The notes beneath the pieces were generated by a model. The model was given only the letters and a program-made list of their open reading frames with translations. It was not told the origin of the DNA and ran no database searches. A program made the translations under genes and the position numbers. A stretch of 60,486 bases of DNA, counting the filler, from a bacterium UBP13_UBA5359 (GTDB taxonomy: Bacteria; UBP13; UBA5359), in assembly GCA_002410925.1 (NCBI GenBank). It is 4 parts of 4 records of this genome, joined end to end, with 100 filler letters (N's around TTAATTAATTAA, not from the genome) between each part and the next. Parts side by side here need not be neighbours in the genome. Positions count along the whole stretch, not along the records: positions 1 to 14,016 come from DHPR01000002.1; positions 14,117 to 39,776 come from DHPR01000039.1; 2 more parts are not named here. The stretch is one strand, 5' to 3'. Of this stretch, positions 10,444 through 21,633 are shown one piece after another; position 1 is the first letter of the stretch; the number at the start of each line of letters is the position of its first letter.

Positions 10444-10479
10444 GTTATATAAAGTGTCACTCAGAGGAGAGTAAGCTGC

Positions 10480-11538
10480 TTGAAACCGACAACCGACAAC
10501 CGACAACCGGCAATCAACCTGCAAAGGGATAAGCAGAGGCAGCCGGACAAAAGAATCGGTATTACTACGACTATACCCATTGAGGTTATATATGCCGCCG
10601 GTGCCGTGCCGGTGGATCTGAACAATATCTTTATTACCGGCTCTGATCCGCAGGCTATGGTGGAGCAGGCTGAATTTGAGGGGTATCCTCGTAATATATG
10701 CGCCTGGATAAAGGGCATATACTCCACAGCATTGCAACAAAATATAAAGAAGATTGTGGCTGTTACGCAGGGAGATTGCAGCAACACTTGTGCGCTGATG
10801 GAGACCCTGGCTGTTAAGGGGCTGGAGGTAATTCCCTTTGCCTATCCGTATGATGCCGATTACGACTTGCTCTCTCTTCAGATAGAGAAGCTTATGATCC
10901 GCTTTGGCGTAGGCTGGAATGAGGTCCGTGAGGCAAAGGCCTGCCTGGATGATATCAGAGCCAGGGTTCATCGTATTGATCAGCTTACCTGGGAAAACGA
11001 CAGAGTGGGCGGTTTTGATAATCATTACTATCAGGTTAGCTGCAGCGATATGAATGCTGATCCGGGAGCCTTTCGCCGCCAATGCGATGATTTTCTAAAG
11101 CAGGCTGAAGCTGTGCAGCCGCACAGGGAGGAGCTCCGACTGGCTTATGTCGGCGTGCCTCCTATTGTCAGTGATATTTACCAGTATCTGGAAGGAATGG
11201 GAGCCAGGGTTGTTTACAATGAAGTACAGAGACAGTTCTCCTTTCCTCGGCCAGTGGACGATCTTGTTGAACAATATCGGCGCTTTACCTATCCCTACGG
11301 GATATTTCGTCGTTTAGAGGATATCAAGCTGGAGATAGCCAGGCGCCATGTCGATGCTGTAATACATTACACGCAGAGCTTCTGTTTTCGCCAGATAGAG
11401 GATCTCATTCTGCAACAGGAACTGAATATTCCCATACTTGCTTTGGAGGGTGAGAACCCTGGTCCGCTCGATGCTAGAAGCCGCTTGCGTATCGATTCAT
11501 TTATAGAGATGCTGCGCGGAAGAGAGAGACATAAGTGA
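10480..11538 (+). CDS. 2-hydroxyacyl-CoA dehydratase family protein (HgdB/FldB-like, single subunit)
   Basis: TTTIPIE, CAWIKG, GDCSNT, QSFCFRQ Cys motifs, RLRIDSFIEML C-terminus; exact start uncertain. Confidence 0.82.
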   Translation: MKPTTDNRQPAINLQRDKQRQPDKRIGITTTIPIEVIYAAGAVPVDLNNIFITGSDPQAMVEQAEFEGYPRNICAWIKGIYSTALQQNIKKIVAVTQGDCSNTCALMETLAVKGLEVIPFAYPYDADYDLLSLQIEKLMIRFGVGWNEVREAKACLDDIRARVHRIDQLTWENDRVGGFDNHYYQVSCSDMNADPGAFRRQCDDFLKQAEAVQPHREELRLAYVGVPPIVSDIYQYLEGMGARVVYNEVQRQFSFPRPVDDLVEQYRRFTYPYGIFRRLEDIKLEIARRHVDAVIHYTQSFCFRQIEDLILQQELNIPILALEGENPGPLDARSRLRIDSFIEMLRGRERHK

Positions 11539-12383
11539 AAAGAGTATCAGGGATGGACGGCATGCATGTGAAACCGGAGATTAACAACAGAGAGCTAGCA
11601 ACCGACAGGAGCGCCTGCAGTGTGCTGCCTGAGGTTGGGCTGGATTTAGGGAGCAGGCGGGTTAAGTTAGCCTTTCGTACCGCTGAAACCGGCGAGTTGA
11701 AACTTTATAAATACGATACGCTTACATTTTACAGGGAATTTGCTGTCAGAAGCCGGGAGGGTTTCAGCATAAATTTTGAAAAACTGGGCCTTGATCCGGT
11801 AGGTAAAATTGTTGTTACCGGGTATGGTCGCAACAACCTTAAGCTTCAGGGAGCGCAGGTGGTGACGGAAATCACTGCTCATGCCGCCGGAGCTTCGGTG
11901 CAAAGCGGCCTGGATAATTTTATCTGTCTGGACCTGGGTGGTCAGGATAGCAAGATAATACGTGTTGAAGGCGGCACAGTGGCGGATTTTCAGACCAACG
12001 ATAAGTGTGCTGCCGGTTCCGGCCGCTATCTTGAGAGCATGGCCGCCATTCTGGGCGTGGATCTTTCCGAATTGGGCAAATACTGGGAGAATCCGGTACG
12101 GCTTAGCAGTACCTGTGCCATCTTTGGTGAATCCGAAATGATCGGAAGAATAGTCGAAGGATACCCATGGGAGGAATTATGTGCTGGTATTAACCGTTCC
12201 GTCTATGTTAGAATAAGGCCGTGGCTTCTGGCATATAAACCGGAGGTCATAGTTTTTACCGGTGGTGTAGCCAGAAATCAGGCTATTGTTCGTATGATAA
12301 GGGAACATCAGGGTATCAGGGTTATCGTCCCTGAACATCCTGAGTATAATGGCGCCATCGGGTGTCTGCATGTGAACATGTAA
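11535..12383 (+). CDS. Acyl-CoA dehydratase activator (HgdC/BadF-type ASKHA ATPase, 4Fe-4S)
   Basis: GLDLGS, TGYGR, DLGGQDSK, NDKCAAGSG, SSTCAIFGESE. Confidence 0.9.
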   Translation: MKRVSGMDGMHVKPEINNRELATDRSACSVLPEVGLDLGSRRVKLAFRTAETGELKLYKYDTLTFYREFAVRSREGFSINFEKLGLDPVGKIVVTGYGRNNLKLQGAQVVTEITAHAAGASVQSGLDNFICLDLGGQDSKIIRVEGGTVADFQTNDKCAAGSGRYLESMAAILGVDLSELGKYWENPVRLSSTCAIFGESEMIGRIVEGYPWEELCAGINRSVYVRIRPWLLAYKPEVIVFTGGVARNQAIVRMIREHQGIRVIVPEHPEYNGAIGCLHVNM

Positions 12384-12488
12384 CGGATTTTTGTGCAGAG
12401 TTCACCATTTTTAATTATTATTGATAGCCGCCCGCGGTATAGGCAGCGCCACGAAAACTGAAGAGGGTGGCGGGCTTGGAGTAATTGT

Positions 12489-13856
12489 ATGGAAAAGCAA
12501 GAGACGGAGATTAAAAACCGACAACCGGCAACGCGTTTAAAGAGCGCAGTGGCAGAGCAGATCGAGCTGATAAAAAGGGGAACTGCAGAGATCATTCCCG
12601 AGGCGGAGCTGGTAAAGAAACTGGAACGTTCCGCTTCCACCGGCAAATCATTGCGAATAAAGTTCGGCATAGACCCGACAGGGTCGGAAATACATCTGGG
12701 ACATACCGTTCCCATAAGAAAGCTGAAGCATTTTCAGGAACTTGGCCATGAGATAGTTTTTCTGATAGGGGATTTTACTGCTCAGATAGGAGACCCAACC
12801 GGCAGAAGCGAATCCAGGCCGCCTTTAACCAAGGAGCAGTGTTTGGAAAACGCTCGTACGTATTTCGATCAGATTTCTGTGATACTGGATATGAGTAAGG
12901 TTGAAATTGTTTACAATTCAACCTGGCTGGAGAGTCTGAATTTTTCCGACGTTATTAAGCTGGCTGCCAATTTTACCGTAGCTCGCATGCTTGAGCGTGA
13001 GGATTTCAGCAAGCGATATTCCGAAGGCAGGGCTATAGGGTTGCATGAGTTTCTTTATCCGATGATGCAGGGATATGATTCTGTGGCTTTGAACGATGAT
13101 GTGGAGATAGGGGCCACGGAGCAGACTTTTAATCTGCTGGCAGGAAGGCAGCTACAGCAGGCATATGGACAGGAACCGCAGGTTGTTATAACCTTGCCGA
13201 TTCTGGTAGGCCTGGATGGAACGCAGAAGATGAGTAAATCCGCCGGCAATTATATCGGTATAACCGATGCTCCAGAGGATATGTATGGCAAGATCATGTC
13301 CATTTCCGACGAACTGATGATCGATTATTACGAACTGCTTACCGATATAGACGAAGCCGAAATAGAAGGAATAAAGCAAAGTATAGCGAACGGGACACTC
13401 CATCCGCGCGATGCCAAAATGCGATTGGCACATGAAATAGTCTGCATCTACCATGGCCGGGAAGCGGCGGATTGGGCGCAGGAGCGCTTTCGGTATATTT
13501 TTCAGCAGGGACGCAGTGCTATGGCGGCCGGTGCCGAAGCTCTGGTAAAGCCGGTGGAGATAACTATTTCGTCGGAGGAATTGAGTCCGGACGGCACAAT
13601 CTGGATTTGCAAGCTTATGGCATTGGCAGGCCTTACTGCCAGCAATGCTGAGGCAAGGCGTCTTGTAGAGCAGAATGCCGTTAGTGTGAATGGTGAAAAA
13701 ATTAATGATCCCAAGTCTGCTTTAAAGATAGACAAGCCTCTTATGCTGCAGGTAGGAAAGCGTAAATATGTCCGGGTAACTCTCTCCATGTCTGCTGCGC
13801 CGAAGCTCGCAGAGCAAGGAAGAGAGCCTCGAAATGCAAAAGCGCCTCAACGCTAA
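12489..13856 (+). CDS. tyrS: Tyrosine--tRNA ligase
   Basis: GIDPTG..HLGH, YPMMQGYD, KMSKS, C-terminal S4-like domain (QVGKRK). Confidence 0.96.
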   Translation: MEKQETEIKNRQPATRLKSAVAEQIELIKRGTAEIIPEAELVKKLERSASTGKSLRIKFGIDPTGSEIHLGHTVPIRKLKHFQELGHEIVFLIGDFTAQIGDPTGRSESRPPLTKEQCLENARTYFDQISVILDMSKVEIVYNSTWLESLNFSDVIKLAANFTVARMLEREDFSKRYSEGRAIGLHEFLYPMMQGYDSVALNDDVEIGATEQTFNLLAGRQLQQAYGQEPQVVITLPILVGLDGTQKMSKSAGNYIGITDAPEDMYGKIMSISDELMIDYYELLTDIDEAEIEGIKQSIANGTLHPRDAKMRLAHEIVCIYHGREAADWAQERFRYIFQQGRSAMAAGAEALVKPVEITISSEELSPDGTIWICKLMALAGLTASNAEARRLVEQNAVSVNGEKINDPKSALKIDKPLMLQVGKRKYVRVTLSMSAAPKLAEQGREPRNAKAPQR

Positions 13857-13959
13857 GCAGCCAGGCTTAAAGCCCTGACTTCGGCTTTCGGCTCCTGCCT
13901 GCAGAGCATTCAAACGGATTGAGTTCCAAAAAAACTTTATGGATATCTTGAATTCGGGC

Positions 13960-13988
13960 TTGACAGTGAGGAGCGGATGGTGTAACAT
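13960..13988 (+). promoter_or_regulatory. Sigma70-type promoter pointing into contig end
   Basis: TTGACA-17 bp-TAACAT. Confidence 0.55.
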
Positions 13989-14016
13989 ACGAAAGCTGCA
14001 TCACGGAAAGCGAGAT

Positions 14017-14116
14017 NNNNNNNNNNNNNNNNNNNNNNNNNNNNNNNNNNNNNNNNNNNNTTAATTAATTAANNNNNNNNNNNNNNNNNNNNNNNNNNNN
14101 NNNNNNNNNNNNNNNN
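14017..14116. other. Artificial contig-join linker
   Basis: N run with central TTAATTAATTAA (stops in all frames). Confidence 0.95.
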
Positions 14117-14118
14117 TG

Positions 14119-15120
14119 GTGGCCATGCTAAAAGGGGCGGGGAGCGGTGAAAATGTAACATTGCGAGCGGATATGGATGCTCTTCCGCTACAGGAGATGA
14201 ATGACCTGCCTTATCGTTCCGCCAGGGAAGGCGCTATGCATGCCTGCGGCCACGATGGGCATACCGCTTTACTGTTGGGAACGGCTCTGGTTCTTAGCCG
14301 CCTTAGGCATACTTTTAACGGCTCGGTACGTTTTGTCTTTCAGCCGGGAGAGGAGATGGTGGCCGCCGGCAGGGACTTGGTGTCTCGGGGCATTCTGCGT
14401 GATCCGGAGCCCAAAGCCGTCTTCTCTTTGCATGCCTTGAGCGGTATTCCGATGGGAAGTATCGCTTCACGACCGGGCGTTATCATGGCTGCAGCCGATT
14501 TTTTCAAGATAGTTATTCACGGAAAGGGTGCGCATGGGTCCATGCCGGAAACCGCTATCGACCCTCTGCTTACAGGAGCACGCGTAGTTGAAGCGTTGCA
14601 AGCAATAGCTTCCCGCGACGTAAATCCTTCGGATGCGGTAGTGATGAGCGTATGCCGTTTCAGCGGCGGCACTAACGGCAATATTATACCGGATAGCGTG
14701 GAGCTGGAAGGTACTACTCGTTATCTGAATGAAGAGATGGGGCGCCGGATTCCTATACACATGGAGCGGATAATCAAGGATGTGTGCGATTCCATGAAGG
14801 CATCTTATGAATTCACCTACAATATGCCGTACATACCTACCGTCAACGACCCCGAGGTAGTGGAGCTGGGCGCCGAAGTAGCAAGGGAACTTTTGGGAAC
14901 CGGCGCATGGACGGAAATAGAAACACCTTCCATGGGTGGAGAGGATTTTTCGTATTATATCAAGGATTATCCCGGAGCCCTTTTCAGGCTTGGCATGGGC
15001 GAAGATTATCCCGGTTTACATAATCCCTATTTCGATTTTAATGACAAAGCCTTGCGTAACGGCATTCTTTTTATGTCTGCTGTTACGCTTAAAGCTCTCT
15101 CTTCAGCGCCCCTTCTGTAA
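14119..15120 (+). CDS. M20 family amidohydrolase, 5'-truncated by gap
   Basis: [33 protein letters not shown]. Confidence 0.92.
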   Translation: MAMLKGAGSGENVTLRADMDALPLQEMNDLPYRSAREGAMHACGHDGHTALLLGTALVLSRLRHTFNGSVRFVFQPGEEMVAAGRDLVSRGILRDPEPKAVFSLHALSGIPMGSIASRPGVIMAAADFFKIVIHGKGAHGSMPETAIDPLLTGARVVEALQAIASRDVNPSDAVVMSVCRFSGGTNGNIIPDSVELEGTTRYLNEEMGRRIPIHMERIIKDVCDSMKASYEFTYNMPYIPTVNDPEVVELGAEVARELLGTGAWTEIETPSMGGEDFSYYIKDYPGALFRLGMGEDYPGLHNPYFDFNDKALRNGILFMSAVTLKALSSAPLL

Positions 15121-15243
15121 CAGCAGATTCGATCAACAAATATAGGCTGACCCCTTTATACTTCCAGTATCTGCGACTCGCTCTTGGCCAATACGGGTAT
15201 AAATTTGTAAGGAAGCCGAAAAAAGCTACCGATAGTACAGGGG

Positions 15244-16641
15244 ATGATGATGATAGATGAAAGCAAGAGGTTGCAACTGCCTGATTACGTTCTTGATGTC
15301 TGCCATGCTCTTCATGACGGCGGCTATCAAGCATATGTGGTAGGCGGGGCTCTTCGCGATATTTTGCTTGACCGGCCTGCCGAAGATTTCGATGTGGCCA
15401 CCGACGCTCTTCCGGAAGAGGTGGAGAGGCTGTTTCACCGTGCCGTTCCTACCGGAAAGGCGTTTGGTACCATTACCGTTATATCACAGGGGCAACCTGT
15501 TGAAGTAACTACCTATCGTCTGGAGGGTCGTTATTCTGATATGCGGCGTCCGGATAGCGTTGTCTATTCCGGTTCGCTGGAAGAAGACCTCTCCAGAAGA
15601 GATTTCACTATCAATGCTCTGGCATACTCTCCATTTGAAGGCTCTATCAGAGATTACTTCGATGGAATAGGCGATCTTAAAAAGGGTCTTATCCGTACCG
15701 TCGGCGATCCCGATGCTCGATTTCGGGAGGATGCTCTGCGTATGCTGCGGGCAGTGCGCTTTGCTGCTGTTTTAGGAAGGCGGGGGCATTCTTTTAGCAT
15801 AGAAGAGAGCACCTGTAATTCCATCTTCGAACAGCACCAATTACTGTCCAATATCAGCGTTGAGCGTATCAGGGAGGAAGTGAACAGGATACTGATTGCG
15901 CCAAGAGCACCGTTTCGTGGTTTCAACACCCTTTATAATACCGGTCTGCTGAAATATATTATGCCGGAATTAGTGGTGGGGGTGAACGTTATTCAGCCGC
16001 ATCATATGGGCAGAATGGATGTTTTCAGGCATAATCTTCTGGCGGCCTGCCGCATATCTTCCAGGCTGGAATTACGGTTGGCTGCTTTACTGCATGATGT
16101 AGGCAAGCCTTATACTCAGACAGCCTTTAAAGGGATTGTACATTTCTATGGGCATGATGAGTTCAGCGCCAGGCTTGCCGGGCGAATGCTCTCTTATTTA
16201 AGGTATCCCAATGCTGTTACGGCTCTGGCAGTGCATCTAATAAAGCATCACATGGAGATAGCTCATTTGGATATCGGCAATGATGCGGCTTTAAGACGGC
16301 TTTTTCGTAAAGTGGGCGAGAGACACATGGATGATCTTCTGGAATTGCACCGGGCGGATCTTCTGACCAGCATGCCGTCGCGTGTGGCGATGAGGCGATA
16401 TCTGGAGATGAAACGCTGGATAAGCAAATTAAGAGAATCAGCCTCCGTCTTTAAACTCTCCGACCTTGCTGTAGATGGTCATGACATCATGGCGCATCTG
16501 GGTATCGTGCCCGGTCCGGAGGTGGGCGCCATACTGGAGCGTTGTCACGATATGGTATTGGAGAACCCGGCTCTCAACACTCGTGGCAAATTGCTGGAGA
16601 TTGCCGAAGAGCTATATGACCAATTCCATCGCACTGCATAA
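15244..16641 (+). CDS. cca: CCA tRNA nucleotidyltransferase with HD domain
   Basis: VGGALRD..DFD, EDLSRRDFTINA, EDALRMLRAVRF, LLHDVGK. Confidence 0.88.
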   Translation: MMMIDESKRLQLPDYVLDVCHALHDGGYQAYVVGGALRDILLDRPAEDFDVATDALPEEVERLFHRAVPTGKAFGTITVISQGQPVEVTTYRLEGRYSDMRRPDSVVYSGSLEEDLSRRDFTINALAYSPFEGSIRDYFDGIGDLKKGLIRTVGDPDARFREDALRMLRAVRFAAVLGRRGHSFSIEESTCNSIFEQHQLLSNISVERIREEVNRILIAPRAPFRGFNTLYNTGLLKYIMPELVVGVNVIQPHHMGRMDVFRHNLLAACRISSRLELRLAALLHDVGKPYTQTAFKGIVHFYGHDEFSARLAGRMLSYLRYPNAVTALAVHLIKHHMEIAHLDIGNDAALRRLFRKVGERHMDDLLELHRADLLTSMPSRVAMRRYLEMKRWISKLRESASVFKLSDLAVDGHDIMAHLGIVPGPEVGAILERCHDMVLENPALNTRGKLLEIAEELYDQFHRTA

Positions 16642-17210
16642 ATGGCAAGCATCAGGCTAATTCTTTATAGCGCAAAAAACAACTCTTTGCCTGGCGGATA
16701 TCGAATTCAATCATATTCGCTGGATTAACTCTCCTCTCTTCGACTCATGTCATATTCCTCAAAGTAATGAAATAGCAGGGGAAGCATTTATTCTTCGGAC
16801 CTATTCCTTGGCAATAATATTATCTAAACTTCTATCCATATATTTAGATGCGGCAAAAGAACGTAAATCGTTCTTTATATAATGATCTGCTCCCAATGCA
16901 GTCAAGAGCGATTTCACATCATAAAGGAATTTAGCCCAATCCACAGTTTGCTCATACGCTTTCATATGGTTCAGTTTGCCGACTTTCCAGAAGCGCACAT
17001 ACGAATGTGCCATACGAATAACCTCAAGAGCCTGAGCGGAATATTTTGAACCTGCGTTTCTATATCAAGAACAAGAGATGGCAGGATTTCCGGAATAGGC
17101 AAAAGACGGCACTTGTTTAGATGTTTCTAAAGAAGAATACATGCATCCGACCGGTTTTTATCAGTTGGAACAGGCTTTCTTCTATGATATAATCTTGCAG
17201 GTGATGTTTT

Positions 17211-17570
17211 ATGTTACGGGAGTTCCTGCGATCCAAGATACATAGAGCTACGGTTACCGATGCCGATCTCAATTACGAGGGCAGTCTGACGGTGGATATG
17301 GAGCTTATGAGGGCAGCCGGCATGTTGCCGTTTGAAAAGGTGCATATTCTGAATGTGAACAACGGCGCTCGTTTAGAAACATATCTAATAGAGGGTGAGG
17401 CCGGCTCCGGCCGTATCTGTCTTAACGGTGCCGCTGCGCGGCTGGGGCAGCCCGGAGATAAGCTTATAATTCTCTCTTATATTCACCTTGAGGATAAGGA
17501 GATTTCTTCTCATAAGCCGATAGTGATTTATGTGGATGGCGATAACAGGATAGCCAAAGATGCAGAATAG
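17211..17570 (+). CDS. panD: Aspartate 1-decarboxylase
   Basis: [28 protein letters not shown]. Confidence 0.96.
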   Translation: MLREFLRSKIHRATVTDADLNYEGSLTVDMELMRAAGMLPFEKVHILNVNNGARLETYLIEGEAGSGRICLNGAAARLGQPGDKLIILSYIHLEDKEISSHKPIVIYVDGDNRIAKDAE

Positions 17571-17581
17571 GAGTCACAGGC

Positions 17582-18490
17582 ATGTCTGAAGCCGATATTA
17601 TCGTCAGGATAAACGAGTTGCGTCATAAGCGCAACGCTGTGGTTCTGGCTCATAATTATCAATTGGACGAGATTCAGGATATAGCTGATTTTGTCGGCGA
17701 TTCGCTTGATCTAAGCCGCCGGGCGGCGGCAGTTGAACGTCCGGTAATTGTTTTCTGTGGAGTATATTTTATGGCCGAAACGGCCAAGATACTCTCTCCG
17801 GACAAGACGGTGCTTATACCGGACAGGGAAGCCGGATGCCCTATGGCCGATATGATAAGCGTAGAGCAATTGAGAGAGTTAAAGGCCAAACACCCGAAAG
17901 CTCTGGTTGTTGCTTATGTTAATTCAAGTGCCGCTATCAAGGCGGAAAGCTATATCTGTTGCACATCCGCCAATGCTGTGGCGGTGGTGGATTCCGTTCC
18001 CTCTGATGAAATCATCTTTGTGCCGGATAAATCTCTGGGTGATTATGTTGCTCGCCGAACGGATAAGAAGATGATTATCTGGAATGGCTTCTGCCCTACC
18101 CATCATCGTTTTCTGCCGGGGAAGCTTCGTGAATTGAAGGAGGAGCATCCGGCGGCCATTGTCATGGCCCACCCTGAATGTAGCTATGATATCGTATCTT
18201 TAGCGAACGAAGTTCTCAGTACAGGCGGTATGCTTCGCTTTGCGCATGAAAGCCGTAACCGAGAATTCATTGTCGGTACTGAAATAGGACTGCTGCATCG
18301 CCTGCGCCGAGAGAATCCGGATAAGGTATTCTATGCAGCCTCTGAGGCAGCTGTCTGCCCCAATATGAAGAAGATTACTCTGGAGAAGCTATTGTGGTCG
18401 CTCGAAGATATGCAGTATAAGGTAGAGGTGCCGGAAGAGATACGCATCAGTGCCCGCAGAGCTCTGGATAGAATGCTGGAGGTCGGCTGA
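17582..18490 (+). CDS. nadA: Quinolinate synthase
   Basis: [33 protein letters not shown]. Confidence 0.96.
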   Translation: MSEADIIVRINELRHKRNAVVLAHNYQLDEIQDIADFVGDSLDLSRRAAAVERPVIVFCGVYFMAETAKILSPDKTVLIPDREAGCPMADMISVEQLRELKAKHPKALVVAYVNSSAAIKAESYICCTSANAVAVVDSVPSDEIIFVPDKSLGDYVARRTDKKMIIWNGFCPTHHRFLPGKLRELKEEHPAAIVMAHPECSYDIVSLANEVLSTGGMLRFAHESRNREFIVGTEIGLLHRLRRENPDKVFYAASEAAVCPNMKKITLEKLLWSLEDMQYKVEVPEEIRISARRALDRMLEVG

Positions 18491-18496
18491 GGGCTG

Positions 18497-20086
18497 ATGT
18501 ATCCCCGCTATATCGTCAGCTTCGATACCTCTTGTATGCCATGCCATGAATATGATTATCTGGTGGTGGGCAGCGGAGTGGCCGGTTTGATAACGGCCAC
18601 TCTTCTAGCTGACCATGGACGGGTGGCTCTCCTTAGTAAAGAAGAATTATCGGAGAGCAATACTCAGTACGCTCAGGGAGGCATAGCTGCAGCTATCGGT
18701 CCGGATGATAGCCCGGAACTTCATTATCGTGATACCATAAAGGCCGGTGCAGGTCTATGCAGTGAAGAGGCGGTTCGCATCTTAGCAGATGAAGGTCCGG
18801 GATACCTCTATCAGCTTATAGAGGCGGGAGCCGTCTTTGATCGCACGGATGGTTATTCGCTGACACGAGAGGCGGCACACAGCCGTAACCGGATACTGCA
18901 TGCCAAAGGGGATGCCACCGGCGCAGAAATTGAACGTACTTTACTCTGCAATATCAAACGCTTTGACAATATAACCATTTTACCGGGAATCATGGCCGTA
19001 GACCTCTTGACGGATAATGGACGGTGTCATGGCCTGATAGCTCTGGATACCTCTTCCGGAGGGATGAGCGTTTACACGGCTGGAGCGATAATTATGGCCA
19101 GCGGCGGAGCAGGCCAAATCTATTGCCGCACTACCAATCCGGATGTATCTACAGGAGATGGGGCGGCTATGGCTTTTCGTGCCGGAGCCCGGTTGGCCGA
19201 CCTGGAATTCTTCCAGTTTCATCCCACTGCGCTCTATCTGCCGCGCGCACCGATGTTCCTGATTTCCGAAGCCGTGCGAGGCGAGGGCGGCATCCTTCGC
19301 AATGTGCGGGGTGAGCGATTTATGCCCATGTATCATCAAATGGCGGAACTGGCCCCGCGCGATATAGTGGCGCGGGCCATCGTCAACGAGATGGATAAGA
19401 CCGGGGCGGATTATGTTTATCTTGATCTTCGGCCTATCGGCACCAGGGTGACAGACCGCTTCCCTACTATATGCCTGACTTGCAAGCAATTTGGACTTGA
19501 TCTGACCAAAGATTTCATACCCGTTGCTCCCGCGGCACATTATTATATGGGCGGCATATTGACCGATACCTGTGGCAGGAGCAGTCTGCCAGGCCTTTAT
19601 GCTTGCGGCGAGGCAGCCTGCACCATGGTGCACGGTGCCAATAGATTGGCCAGTAATTCGCTGTTGGAGGGATTGGTTTTTGGTCATCGTTGTGCTGCGG
19701 CTGTATCGGAAGAGAGCGCCAGGCAGCCTCTTCTGCCTCATCTATCAAACAAGGTTGAAACGAGTGGAGGCAGGCAGAGCGTCTCTGTTATGGATTTGAA
19801 GCGCCTGATGTGGGAGGCGGCCGGTATTATACGCTGCCGCCAGGGGCTGGCAAATGCGGAACACGGATTGAACGATATGCCGCTGGCATCTTCAGCAGAG
19901 CCTGAGCGGGGGATGCTGGAATTGGTGAATATGGCTCTTCTGGCACGTCTTATCGTTAAGGCGTCTCTAAAGCGGACCGAGAGCCGTGGAGCACATTTTC
20001 GCCTTGACTATCCATATAGAAGCAAGGAATGGCAGAAGCACATCGTGCTGTCGCCGGAGGAGGAGGCAGAGATAGATGCGAATTGA
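18497..20086 (+). CDS. nadB: L-aspartate oxidase
   Basis: AQGGIAAA, EAAHS, QFHPT, SEAVRGEG, HGANRLASNSLLE. Confidence 0.95.
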   Translation: MYPRYIVSFDTSCMPCHEYDYLVVGSGVAGLITATLLADHGRVALLSKEELSESNTQYAQGGIAAAIGPDDSPELHYRDTIKAGAGLCSEEAVRILADEGPGYLYQLIEAGAVFDRTDGYSLTREAAHSRNRILHAKGDATGAEIERTLLCNIKRFDNITILPGIMAVDLLTDNGRCHGLIALDTSSGGMSVYTAGAIIMASGGAGQIYCRTTNPDVSTGDGAAMAFRAGARLADLEFFQFHPTALYLPRAPMFLISEAVRGEGGILRNVRGERFMPMYHQMAELAPRDIVARAIVNEMDKTGADYVYLDLRPIGTRVTDRFPTICLTCKQFGLDLTKDFIPVAPAAHYYMGGILTDTCGRSSLPGLYACGEAACTMVHGANRLASNSLLEGLVFGHRCAAAVSEESARQPLLPHLSNKVETSGGRQSVSVMDLKRLMWEAAGIIRCRQGLANAEHGLNDMPLASSAEPERGMLELVNMALLARLIVKASLKRTESRGAHFRLDYPYRSKEWQKHIVLSPEEEAEIDAN

Positions 20087-20894
20087 GGATCTAGTAGCCC
20101 TGACATTGGAAGAGGATATAGCCTTTGGAGATATTACAACCCGCCTTACGGTGCCTGTCGGAACAGAAGTCGAGGCCAGGATAATAGCCAAGACTGAAGG
20201 AGTTTTAGCCGGTATTGATATAGCCGGCGAGGTCTTTCAGCAGGTGGATCTCTCTCTGGATTATATTCCTTTGCTGGCAGATGGCACTGACCTTGTATAC
20301 GGCTCCATCATAGCCGGAGTACAGGGGTCTGCTGCCGCCATACTTACCGCCGAAAGAACGGCGCTTAATTTTTTACAGCATCTCTCCGGCATAGCTACTC
20401 TTACCAGAGCCTATGTCAGGGCCTCCGGCGGTAAGATAGATATTCTGGATACCCGCAAGACCACACCGCTGTTGCGTTCCCTGGAGAAGGAAGCCGTCAG
20501 AACGGGTGGCGGCTACAATCATCGCTTCGGTCTATTTGATGGGATACTGATCAAGGATAATCATATACGGGCGGCGGGAGGCATTGAAGCGGCTGTGACC
20601 GCAGCCAGGGCCGGAGCGCAGCATCTATTGAAGATCGAGGTTGAGACACAGAGCTTGGCTCAGGTAGAGGAAGCTCTGGCAGTCGAAGCAGATATCATTA
20701 TGCTGGATAATCTTTCCACCGGCGATATGCGTCGGGCTATAGAAATCATTGGCGGCAGAACTCAGGTTGAGATATCCGGCGGCGTTACGCTGGAGCGCAT
20801 ACCGGAACTGGCAGCGCTGGGTGCCGATTTTGTCTCCGTAGGCGCTCTGACACATTCCGTCAAAGCGCTGGATATAAGTTTGGAGATCGTGTGA
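20076..20894 (+). CDS. nadC: Nicotinate-nucleotide diphosphorylase (carboxylating)
   Basis: ERTALN, DTRKTTP, NHRFGL, IKDNH, MLDN, SGG. Confidence 0.96.
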   Translation: MRIEDLVALTLEEDIAFGDITTRLTVPVGTEVEARIIAKTEGVLAGIDIAGEVFQQVDLSLDYIPLLADGTDLVYGSIIAGVQGSAAAILTAERTALNFLQHLSGIATLTRAYVRASGGKIDILDTRKTTPLLRSLEKEAVRTGGGYNHRFGLFDGILIKDNHIRAAGGIEAAVTAARAGAQHLLKIEVETQSLAQVEEALAVEADIIMLDNLSTGDMRRAIEIIGGRTQVEISGGVTLERIPELAALGADFVSVGALTHSVKALDISLEIV

Positions 20895-20946
20895 TTCGGG
20901 TGCCTTAGCGCCTCTTCCTGCCTGAGCAAAAGGGAGTATACAGATA

Positions 20947-21576
20947 ATGAATTTTAGGGATGAGAAAAACGAGGTTGCTTATTTTATGAGACGCCTATAC
21001 GAGCAGCGCCTCACCACCACATCAGGCGGCAATATCTCTCTGCGCATCGGCGATGATAAAATATTGATAACCCCCTCAGCTCTGGATAAAGGGCGTATCA
21101 GCCCCGAACAGATAGGCGTAACGGCATTATCCGGCGATAATCTTACTCCTCATCTCAAGCCCAGTATAGAGACCGGCATGCATCTGGCTATCTATCGCAG
21201 GCGTTCGGATATCAAGGCGGTAGTGCATGCCCACCCGGTAGCGGCAACAGCTTTCACGCTTTGCCCGCATCAACTGAACTGTCGTCTTGTAGCCGAATCC
21301 CGGGCTGTGTTGGGCCAACCGGTCTATGCCCCGTATGCCCTTATGGGAACAGCGGAACTGGCCGAAATTGTGGCTGACGCTGTGCTGCAGGGGGATTCTA
21401 TTCTCATGGCCAATCACGGTGTTCTGACTGTTGGCCGCAGTCTGTTGGAGGCGTTCGATCGCATAGAGATCTTGGAGGCGGCTGCTCGTTTGACTGTTCT
21501 GACGAAGCTTCTTGGTACTGTTGAAGAGCTATCTCCGGCCCAACTGGCAGCCATCGATGCTCTGGTAGGCAGATAG
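20947..21576 (+). CDS. Class II aldolase/adducin family protein
   Basis: GGNIS, PSIETGMH, VHAHP, NHGV. Confidence 0.9.
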   Translation: MNFRDEKNEVAYFMRRLYEQRLTTTSGGNISLRIGDDKILITPSALDKGRISPEQIGVTALSGDNLTPHLKPSIETGMHLAIYRRRSDIKAVVHAHPVAATAFTLCPHQLNCRLVAESRAVLGQPVYAPYALMGTAELAEIVADAVLQGDSILMANHGVLTVGRSLLEAFDRIEILEAAARLTVLTKLLGTVEELSPAQLAAIDALVGR

Positions 21577-21633
21577 CTTTGTCTATATTCGGTAGATAAG
21601 GCAATTCTGTTCTCGGCTGTACAGGGGGAAGTT

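Noticed and set aside
12384-12488. T-box leader before tyrS
   Set aside because: Too short, and no T-box consensus or specifier stem
16642-17210. 70-aa minus-strand ORF in an AT-rich intergenic region
   Set aside because: Possibly a decayed foreign gene, but no recognisable motif or RBS
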